Assembly (NCBI GenBank): GCA_964016885.1
Contig: OZ024742.1
Coordinates: forward strand, 73,532,001-73,596,000
Direction: 5' to 3'
DNA length: 64,000 nucleotides
Source of the DNA: Eledone cirrhosa
Lineage: Eukaryota
The position numbers were made by a program, and so were the translations under genes. This document shows positions 53,673 to 64,000 of this stretch, piece by piece (the first letter of the stretch is position 1; each line of letters begins with the position of its first letter). The notes below the pieces were generated by a model. The model had not been told where the DNA came from. It worked only from the letters and a program-made list of their open reading frames with translations, and did not search any database.

Positions 53673-54250
53673 GGGGGTAAAGTTTGTGCTATGTCTACTA
53701 TATATCCAATCTTTGTTAAACTGGCCATATATGTCCCTGTTCATTTAAATTGCCATTGTCCAGCTTCTTCAGAAACACAGAACAGATCTTTTAATATTGA
53801 TAAATAGCACTTACTACTTGGTCCAAAAATAATCTGATGACTGGTTTATACTTTGAAATTATGTCCCATGGCAATTAAATTCAACATAATTATAACAGGT
53901 TAAATTAAGTCAAATTGTCTACAAATCTTTTGTGTTTAGCAACATTTACTAATAGATCCAACTTCACAGCTGTGTTAAAGTGCAGACATGGAGTAGTTGT
54001 AGAAGTAATAGCTGGCTTTATTATAGAACTAACAGTTCACTTCTTCAACTAACAGTTTGGTTGTCGGACTAATAAAATTTAGATGTCACTACATATATGA
54101 CTGGGGTAAAGTTTGTGCTCTGTTGTCTCCTATACGTTGTTAAACTGGCCATATGTTTGAGTTGCTTCTCCAGCTTCTACAGAAACACAAAACAGAACAG
54201 ATCTTTTAGATTAATCATTCATAATATTGATAAACAGAACTTACTACTTG
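53673..54250 (+). repeat. Local ~150-bp imperfect direct duplication (53673-53820 and 54103-54250)
   Basis: Shared ggggtaaagtttgtgct..gttaaactggccatat..gaacagatctttta..acttactacttg. Confidence 0.85.
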
Positions 54251-54679
54251 AGTTTTTTTCTTTCTGTCAGCACCTTGCAATATTTTCATGTGTTTTAAAA
54301 ACTGACTGACGACCGGCCATTTTTAGTCCAGTCAATCAACCAAACATTCCAGGTCTGTACATAACTGTTTTGAATTTTAAGATTATTAAAGTAAATAATA
54401 ATGGGGTTTGCTCAATGGCCTAGAGCGAAGTTTGAAACTATTGACTACAGGCTTCCAGTTATCATACTTTGTGTTGATTTATTTATATAAACAGTGATAA
54501 GTTGGTGGAAATAATAATGATGTGGTGGTTGCTGGTGTGCTTTTTTCAGCTAGCAAAGGTAATATATCATCAAGGCCATATAGTAGATTTGTCTTTATAC
54601 CAGTTGGATCTGGTAGCGTTGGATATGGATGTGTTTAATACACACATTCTATTTATGTTGTTTATATAGTCTAGGAGAC

Positions 54680-54862
54680 ATGGTAAAAAGGCTCTCAGTC
54701 CACACTGTAAATGTGGCTGGTGTTTGGAAGGGCATCCGGCCATAGAAAACCTGCCAGAAACAGTTTCGAGCGAGACACAGTCTCCCAACCAATCTCGCCT
54801 CAAGTGGGATCAAACCGTCCAACCCATGCTAGCGTGGAAGATGGAAGTTAAACGATGATGAT
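54680..54862 (+). mobile_element. SINE/LINE-tail copy sharing the RTE 3' end
   Basis: Colinear with 60160-60343 and ending ...gttaaacgatgatgat. Confidence 0.8.
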
Positions 54863-56499
54863 AGATAATTGTGTATGTGTGTGTTTTTCTGACAGTTTTG
54901 GTTGGCAATGAGCCTTCCTGTGATATGTTGTGTGGTATGGTTTGATGTTTTAATATATTTTTGATGCTTCTGAATAAGATCTGGATAGTGTTTTTTCACT
55001 TGTCATTACAACCAAAATATTTCATGATGCAGAGGGCGGAGTTTTCTGTATAGAGGACAGCATTGTGTCATTTAGAAAATATGATTTAGGATCAGTTTAA
55101 GTCATTTTGTTATTGTTTATCAAAATGTATTTGAAAAATATAAAAAAAAAGAAAAGAAAAGAAGAATTTAAAGCATATAATTAAGTATCCATTTCTTCTA
55201 TAACTCTGCTGAATGGTTTTGCAATAGATATTTGTAATAATTGTTACATTTGGTGTACTACATACCTTTCATCCCTTTGATACCAAACTACCCCTGGTTC
55301 TATGATACAAGGCTGATTATTTTAAAGAGTTTATATTTATCAAAAATCCTCCCAGTATTTTATGTCACAAAACGCTTATAAAGTTAGGTTCCAAACACCA
55401 ACTTAATAATGAGAAATTTATTAAATCCCTCCAAATTCTTGATTAATTACAATATTATTTGAAAATCATATGACAGTGTCTTTCGTTAAAAATACAGAAA
55501 AGTTTATGTAAACCTGGTGTACCTTTACCATCATTATCATCTTTGAAATGTAATCTGTTCCTCTTGTCACTTAGGTTGACAAAAATCACATTCATTGGCC
55601 CCCAAACATAACACTGATTAATTGAAAAAGGAATAAGTTATTTTACTAAATCCCTCCAAATTCGTGTATATTTTCAAAATTAATGGAAACCCATATGCAG
55701 TGTATTTTATCAGTGATTGTGTAGATTAATGAAACAACTTAAATATACTGCGATATAAAAATTATATTCTAATTTAATAATTACAGTTATTGGAAATGGA
55801 GATCCAATATATCTGTGTTGATGTTCTTTTTTAAAAAAATGTTTTTGTATATAAACATTGTTTTAGATATTGCTTTCTTGTGTGTTCTTGAGATAAATAG
55901 TGGATGACATCAAATGAAATGAAATGACTTGAGGAGAACCATCTTTAATATTAGTTCTAAACTAAATAGCCTGATTAAAAAAATGAACCATTTTTTTTTT
56001 GTTTATCTTAACTAACCAAAATGACAAATTTATTCATCAAAGGAAAATGAAATGAAACATTAACTAGATAGAAGTAGTAATTCAGTAAAAAAAAATCATC
56101 TAAATAGGCTGCAGTATTAACTATGTTACTGAATTTTATATATATATACTAGCAGAATGGCCCGGCGTTGCTCAGGATTTGCTCTAGGTTTCGTAGATTA
56201 CCAGGGTTTATTTTCCGTGTGAAGAAAATCAATACTTTATCGCGAAATAAATACTTTTGTTTATATTTTGTTATTGTGTATGCAAAAATGATATATATTT
56301 ATCCTTATCGAGCCTCGTGAAATAAATAGGTTTGTTTATATTTTGTTATTCTGTATGCAAAAATATCTGTACACGAATATATAATTAATGTATATATAAA
56401 TATAAATAAACCTGTTACGAGGTACGAATCTCAGAATTTGTCAACTCTTATTAATAGTCAGTCCACTTCTACGAAATGTAATGTGAAAATAACATTTTC

Positions 56500-59400
56500 T
56501 TCTTGTCTCCCCATCCTTCGGTTCATTCATCCATATATCTATAATCGCCCAGAATCCAAATCCTACTTCTTAATTGCTATTCTATAATTCTGTCTGACTG
56601 TTCTAAATAATCTTCTCCTCGCTAACTACCCCATACCCTTCCCGCCGCCCCCACTGTCCGCCTTTATTATTTGGACCAATCACAAGTCAACGGCCTATGC
56701 TATCACTTCTCCTGGTTGCTTTTCGATATGATGGATGGACTAAGGAATTTCTGGAGAGTGAAGAATCTGGAGACTCGAATACAATGCCAAAGATAACGAC
56801 AAATTCACCTCATGCTGCCGGACGAAAGGGCAAGGACTCCTCCTCTTTGTTTCAGCCGCGGATGGCCAACATAACCCCAATCCCACCCCCTCACCCCTCC
56901 CTGCGCCCCACCCACCAAACGCAATCCAAAACTTCAGAGTTGGTACCATGAATGTAGGCACTTTAAAAGGCCGCTCTAACGAGGTTGTAGAAATGCTTCA
57001 ACGTAAGGAGGTTGATGTTTGCTGTATCCAAGAGACCAGGTGGAGAGGCGGGTCTGCTAGATTCCTTGTGGGTAAAAAACGATGCTATAAGCTTTTCTGG
57101 GTGGGAAATGACAATGGGCTGGGTGGGGTAGGAATCATGTTAGCAGAAAAATGGGTGGATAAGATAATAGATGTAAATAGAGTGAATGACAGAATAATTA
57201 AAATAAGACTTGTTCTAAATAGAACTACTGTGACAGTAATATCTGCGTACGCACCCCAATCTGGACTGCCTGGCGCTATAAAAGACAGATTCTATGAGAC
57301 ACTGATGCTCACTACCTCCCAAATAACCGACAGTGACTATATAATTATTGCTGGCGACCTAAATGGTCACGTTGGACAACATTGTGACGTCTATGACGGA
57401 ATCCACGGAGGCTATGGGTTTGGTACTAGAAATGAGGAAGGCTCCAGAATCCTGGAATTCTGTGACGCAAATAACCTAACTATCTGTAACACTAACTTCA
57501 AAAAACGAGACAATCACTTGGTCACCTACAGACCAGGGGAACATACCAGCCAGGTAGATTATATCCTTACCAGAAGACGTGACAGAGTGTCTGTTGTAAA
57601 CATTAAATCCCTCCCCCATGAAGAATGCACCTCCCAACATAGACTGATAATTAGCGACCTCATAATCAGGATGAGACGTACTCGACAACAGAAGAGGACT
57701 ATCCTCAGGAGAAAAATATGGAAGCTAAAGGACCCCACAGCCAGAAATAAATTTAAAAGCATATTACTTGATGCTTTCGACAGTAAGGAAGAGCATTTAG
57801 AGTCGTACAATATAGAGGAACAATGGGAATTCCTGAAAGCAAACCTGCTGATGGCGGCAGACGAAGTCTGTGGCTGGAGCAGACCTCTAGGCAGGAGGAG
57901 AGTAACATGGTGATGGAACAGTAAGGTGGAGGAGTCAATTAAGGCCAAAAAGCAGGCTTGGAAAGTATGGGGGAAGTAGAGAAGACTATCAAGAGGCCAG
58001 GAGGGAAGCTAGGAGACAAGTGTACTTCGCAAGAAGGGAAGCAGAGGAAAGAAAGTTAAAGCATGTTCTACAACGCGAGGACCAAAAACGTGAGGTGTTC
58101 AGGATTGCTAGGCAATGTGTCAAGGAAAACCGTGATATTGTCGGGGAGAAGTGTGTCCTTAATGATGATGGTGTACTTGCCACCACAGACGCTGATAAGA
58201 AGGTAGCTTGGAAGTGTCACTACGAAAGGCTACTAAACGAGAAGAATAAATGGGAGAAAGACAGTCTCCCCCACATCGACCCAATAGAGGGACCAACAGT
58301 GTTAGTCGAAGGTAGTATAATAAGTAAGGCAATCAAAGATATGAAGACGGGTAAGGCGGCTGGGCCTTCGGAAATAGTTGGAAATGCTGAAAGATTCTGG
58401 AACGGTGGGACACACCATGGTCACCCGGATAGTAAACCAAGTCATACAGAATGGGGTTGTTCCGAAGGACTGGCGTAGCAGCATCATCATTAAGTGCTAC
58501 AAGGGTAAAGGAGATGCCCTAGATAGGAGTAACTATAGAGGCATTAAATTAATCGACCAGGTCATGAAGGTCACAGAAAAAGTAATAGCGCAACTAATCA
58601 GAGAGAGAATTGATCTAGATGAAATGCAGTTTGGGTTTGTGTCAGGTAAAAGTACCACAGACGCTATTTTCATTGTACGACAACTACAGGAGAAGTAACT
58701 ACCTAAAAGTAAACCCCTATACTTAGCTTTTGTCGACTTGGAGAAAGCCTTCGACAGAGTCCCCCGTTCCATTATCTGGTGGGCTCTTAGAAAACTAGGT
58801 GTTGATGAATGGTTTGTGAGAGCTATACAAGCCATGTATAAAGAAACAGTCAGCAAGGTTAGAATTAACAACGAATATAGTGAAGAGTTTAGCGTAAAAG
58901 TTGGTGTTCATCAGGGCTCCGTTCTTAGCCCCCTACTATTTATTATTGCCCTTCAGGCTATAACGGTGGAGTTCAAGACCGGCTGCCCATGGGAACTCCT
59001 ATACGCAGATGATATAACGCTCATAGCTGAATCAATGGCCGAACTAGAGAGGAAATTCCAAACATGGACATGGAAGCATGGCCTAGAATCAAAAGGCCTT
59101 AAAATTAACCTGTCTAAGACTAAAGTTCTAGTTTGTAGGAAGGAAAATAGGGCACCGGTCCCATCCGGGAAATGGCCATGCTCAGTGTGTAAGAAAGGAG
59201 TAGCTAGAAACTCCATTTTATGTCCCAAATGCAAAGTATGGGTGCATAAAAGATGTGGTGGGATCACAGGTAAGCTAACTAAGAACATAGATTTTATATG
59301 TGGCCGGTGCTCTGGTGCAATAAGTAGCAGCAAGTGCCCACAGAATACTAGCTCATTTCATTGCACAGATGGTTCTATAGAAATAGTGGACAACTTACGT

Positions 59401-60343
59401 TACCTAGGTGACAAAATCAGCAGTGGGGGAGGGTGCTCTGAAAGTACAGTAGCTAGAGTCAGAACTGGATGGAAAAAGTTCAGAGAGCTTATACCACTAT
59501 TAGCCGCTAAAGGGTTCTCCCTAAAAATGAAAGGCAGTCTGCATGATGCCTGCATACGAACAGCAATGTTACATGGCAGTGAGACCTGAGCATTGTGTGC
59601 AGAGGATATACGCAGACTGGAGAGGAACGAAGCTTGCATGCTCCGCTGGATGTGTAATAGTAATATGCGTGAACGGCAAAGCATAAACGAACTAAGGGAA
59701 AAATTAGAAATAAGAGGGATCAGATGTTGTTTACTCGAGAGAAGACTACGTTGGTATGGTCACGTGATGCGCATGAAAGACGATAGCTGTATAAAAAAGT
59801 GCAGGGCAATAAAAATAGACGGTAGCCACAGTGTAGGCAGACCCAGAAAAACCTGGGATGACTTGATAAATTCCGACCTCACACACTTACACCTCTCCAA
59901 GACAATGTCACTGGACCGAGATCTTTGGCGCTACACAGTAATAGAGAAGACCCGCCTTACCTAAGTACAAAGTGAAACCTACTACAGTCAGTAGGCACCT
60001 CTAACAAAATACACCCCCGTCCCACTACCCCAACCCCACCACACCACCCCTTTCAATGTAAAGTTATGTTGATACCACAACATCCAGCCCGAAACAAATG
60101 AGGTCGTGTAGGTGTCACGACAAAAAAAACACACAGTCCACGCTGTAATGTGGCCGTGTAGGTAACACGGTAATAACCTCCCAGTTCCACACTGTAAACG
60201 TGGTTGGTGTTAGGAAGGGCACCCAGCTGTAGAAAACCCACCAGACAGTCCTATGCGAGCAAGACAACCACTCTTGCCTCAAGTGGGAAAACTCCCGTCC
60301 AAACCCATGCAAGCGTGGAATATGGACGTTAAATGATGATGAT
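56500..60343 (+). mobile_element. Near full-length RTE-clade LINE, disabled (5' boundary approximate)
   Basis: APE endonuclease (NVGTL, CIQETRW, SAYAPQ, GDLNGHVG, SQVDY, SQH), RT (QFGF, DLEKAFD, GVHQGS, YADD, YLG), GRPRKTW, 3'UTR and (GAT)n tail. Confidence 0.97.
56780..59964 (+). pseudogene. RTE ORF: APE endonuclease-RT with embedded PHD-like finger
   Basis: Joined from ORFs 56948-57913, 58020-58478, 58378-58698, 58738-59589 and 59593-59964. Stops at 57911, 58696 and 59587; frameshifts near 56930, 57970 and 58375. Confidence 0.93.
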
Positions 60344-61589
60344 ATATATATATATATATAAACGGAAAAAATGAAACGAAATTTCATTTCCCACTCTTTG
60401 TACGGCTCTTACTTAAATATAAGTATGTACACGTACATACATATATGTATACAGACGTACAGTAGTATGTATATATATATACATACATGAACACATATAT
60501 ATATGTACATATGGATTCGCCGAACATTTATTATAATGCTCGGTGTATTTGTAAACAAACATCCCGTATTAAGCCGTAGTGTCCAGCAACCATCGTTGCT
60601 CGTTTGTTCAACACTGACAAAGGAACGCTGTACTAGTTTCAAGCTTATTAGCTATCGTCAGCAACGTATATACTTACCTTATGCATATTAACGGCTATAT
60701 ATATAACAGTACAGAGAAGTACGGAATACCTCAGCCTCGGGATGGTGTCTACATTTTGGGCTTATAAAAAAGATTTGTCGTAGATTACCAGGTTTTTTTT
60801 CCGTGCGAAGAAAATCAATACTTTATCGCGAAATAAATACTTTTGTTTATATTTTGTTATTGTGTATGCAAAAATATCTGTACACGAATATATAATTATA
60901 TATATTAAAATAACATTAAAGTTTAAGCAAAGAATCGCCGCTTTCACCCTTAACGGGATCTTCTGAAACTAAAATAAAAAAAATCAATCTGTGAACGCAG
61001 AAGTAAATATTTCGAAAAACGTTACACACTATATATATATACACAGACTACGCGCACACACACGCGCGCGCGCACAGCTACGTCATAATGTCGTAATGCA
61101 GACAGCCAGGCATACATATAGATATTATAAGGGTGCAACGTTATATCTATGTATCTATCTAAAAAGAGAAAGATTAAGAGTTATAGAGAGAGATCACTAA
61201 ATCACCTAATGCGGCCCGTAGGGCATTGAAAATTTGACATCTTTTTTTTGCTCAAAACACTCACAGGACCATAAGTATTACATGTGTAAAGTTTGAAAAC
61301 AATTTGGTTGGGTGGTTGTCGAGTTTTAGTGATTGGACAGACAGACATTCTCTGTTTTAGATATATAGATATAAATGTTTTTCAGAAAATAATAGAGGAA
61401 GTATTGTTCATAATATTTTTTATTATGTCATCTTATAAGAATAACATCGAAATCAAAATGGCAATTATCACTTGAAGTAATTAACCCTTTCATGATAATA
61501 TTTTTAATATTCCATTTGAAAGAGGTTTCATAACTTTATTGGTTACTGTTGTTTAGCCATTGGTCAGTGCTGATCTAGCAACTCTATGC

Positions 61590-61619
<30 letters not shown>

Positions 61620-61620
<1 letters not shown>

Positions 61621-61980
61621 AATTGTGGTAGTCAAAGTGAGAATGGGTTGGAGGAGGTTTAGGGTGCTAGTACCTCTATTGGCAATGAGAGTGAGGTGTA
61701 GACTGTGTGATGCTTGTGTGCGAGTGTCGATGCTGCATATTAATGGGACATTGGTCTTGACTGCAGAGGATCTGCAAGTGCTGTAGGGAGGTGGGGTGAA
61801 TATGCTCCAGTGGATGTGTTGTTTTGATATACATGGCATGGGTGAACTGAGAGAAGGTCTCTGTGAGGAATCCAATGTAATAGAGGAAGGAGTGTGATGG
61901 TATGGGCATGTAATGCATGTAGAGGATTATAGCTGTATAAGTAGGTGTAGAGAAATTTCAGTGGGTGGAATTCATGGAGT
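61620..61980 (+). mobile_element. Old RTE RT C-terminal fragment
   Basis: VVVKVRMGWRRFRVLVPLLA..RLCDACVRVSMLH aligns with VARVRTGWKKFRELIPLLA..LHDACIRTAMLH of the young copy. Confidence 0.85.
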
Positions 61981-63334
61981 TGTCATTTCTCACTTCTTCC
62001 TCTCTGCTCCATCATCCCTTTGACACCCACCCACTACACATGACATCATACTTATCATCTTTTCTACCTGAGAGATCAATGACTCTGATCAATACTAGCT
62101 TTGCCTGTGATGACCTGTCCAACTCTTGCTAGCAGAGAAAAGTGTTTATATTTATCTACAAACATTTGCTCATAATTTTATGTAAGAACCTTTAAAGTTA
62201 TGTTTTAAAAATGATTCCAAAATTATTGTATCTTTCATTAAAAATATGGTAATGAAAGGGTTAAACAATGTTGGGGATTTATATGTATAACTAAAAAGAT
62301 AGTTTAGTAATAACTAGATCTTATTGTTTTTTTTCCTGCAACAATGAAATCTCCCTTAGATGATCTGTTAACTTGGCTTCTTTCTTTCTTTCTTCCTTCA
62401 CATCTGCTTTTCCTTGCCAGCATGGATTGGATGGGCTTTTTTGAAGCATTCTTATACAGTTGGGTACTCTTCCTGATGTTGACCTTTTTAATTTCCTCTT
62501 TAATTTTTATAATTCACTCCTGTTTGCAGTCTTTAAGATAAACTAGCTTGCTCTATAAATATGGTTTCAGAAAATTGTATGAACACACATTCTATTTACA
62601 TTAATTTGTACTCGGTAAGAGAAATGCTTGACAAATTCCTTATATTGTCTGAGTGGGACTGAATTATTTATTAACAGAAACCTTTAAAATTATTTCTCTT
62701 ATATTTTTTGTATTCACCAACATTAATAATTTGCTGTTTAAATCTTGTTATTTCATCAAGATGGTCACATCTCTTTAAAGTTACATAAATGAACATTATA
62801 TTAAAATATAATGTATTATAAATATAAAATAGTTTCACAAAATACTGAACTCCAAATTCCTGTGTGAAGTGGTATGGAAATAATGTTTTAGCCATATGTT
62901 TAATGAACTGAAATCAATTTATTACGCCAATCAATTCATTTTTTATTGTCATTCTGTGTCTTATTTTAAACACTGGTTAATTTTTATTGTTTCATTAGAA
63001 ATCGTTTGGTTTCAAATAATCAGTTTTCAAGAGAATTTAATAGACATTGTATGGAAGTTTTGGTTTAAAATTCCACTTCATGCATGTTGATCTTGACTAT
63101 TTTAGTGAAGCTAATTTACTCGTGTTTTTTTTGGTTATATTGTTTCAACAATCTTTTATGAATGGACATAACACAGAAGCCATGCTTCACAATGTGTTGT
63201 TTAAAAATAATAATTTGTGATTAATAGTAATTGTCATTGTAGGAATAAATGTTTGTTAACATCAGTCAGAAATAAAGATTATAAAACAGTTAGTTTATAT
63301 TCCATGAATGTTTCATATCGATATGTTTATCAAT

Positions 63335-63520
63335 TAATTGTTTCTACTTTTTGGCACAAGGCTAGCAATAACCCAGTGCATTACTGGTACTTTATTTTAT
63401 CGACCCCGTAAGGATGGAAGGCAAAGTCAACCTCAGCGGGATTTGAACTCAGATCGTTAAGGGACGTAACTATGCTGGAAAGCATGGCATCCGACCCTCT
63501 ACCGATACTGCCAATCCACC
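63335..63520 (-). mobile_element. tRNA-derived SINE
   Basis: Reverse complement of the 28935-29122 family. Confidence 0.9.
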
Positions 63521-63789
63521 AGACAAGTAGTATATAATAGTTAGATATAGATATGTAGCATATGGTGTCTCACTGGCTGAGGTACATTGTTTTCCACACT
63601 TCTGACAGGAAGAAATACCAAAGAGATCATAATCGGCAACATTTTATACACAGCTTCTAGGATGACTTCTAAGACCAGTTTTGCTGAGGCAAATTTAGCC
63701 ACACTCACTGCACATAAAGTCATTTTGAGCATCTGAAAATCTAGGTAAAGTAATATTATGTAGACCCTTACACAGACCCTGTTTTCATG

Positions 63790-64000
63790 ACACAGCAAAA
63801 GCACCCAGACAACACTGTAAAGTGGTCATTTTGGGGCCATGACAAGAAGTGCCCAGTTCATATTGTAAAGTGGTCATGTTAGTATCATGACAAAAAGTGC
63901 ACAGTCCACACTGTGAATTGGTCTTTTTGGTGCTACAATAAAAAGCACCCGGCCCACACAGTAAATGTGGTTGGTGTTAGGAAGGGCACTCAGCCGTAGA
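63790..64000 (+). mobile_element. LINE-tail-related element with tandem ~45-bp subrepeats (runs off the window)
   Basis: Repeated aaaagcaccc..cacactgtaaagtggtc units leading into gtggttggtgttaggaagggca. Confidence 0.7.

Larger units (their letters stand above)
56149..61369 (-). mobile_element. Non-autonomous Helitron containing a nested RTE LINE
   Basis: Minus strand begins A|TCTATATATCTAAAACAGAGAATGTCTGTCTGTC (61369) and ends cctgagcaacgccggg hairpin + ccattctgCTAG|T (56149). Shared internal sequence lies on both sides of the LINE (56191-56390 vs 60778-60900). Confidence 0.7.

Noticed and set aside
57476-59684. Minus-strand ORFs over the LINE
   Set aside because: Antisense shadows of the RTE ORF with no motifs of their own.

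Overview
AT-rich, repeat-dense eukaryotic DNA. The SINE/LINE repertoire and microsatellite density resemble an octopus (coleoid cephalopod) genome; this is inference, as no search was run. The only host coding sequence I can support is one 85-bp exon (7014-7098, +) encoding [28 protein letters not shown], the end of the LUFS domain of Ssdp/SSBP2-3-4. The rest appears to be intron. It holds a near-full-length but disabled RTE-type LINE with a C4HC3 PHD-like finger inside its RT, nested in a non-autonomous Helitron, and a 5'-truncated sister copy. It also holds two short Helitrons, a Penelope-like (GIY-YIG) remnant, older LINE/Tc1/MITE fragments, many tRNA-derived SINEs, a 6.3-kb 24-bp satellite with a 2190-bp duplication, and a TA-variable minisatellite. 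The most notable unexplained structure is a set of short elements in (TA)n tracts that carry hammerhead-ribozyme motifs in inverted (fold-back) arrangement, including one complete type I hammerhead with a U3-A8 core variant. Almost all ORFs in the supplied track are repeat artefacts.
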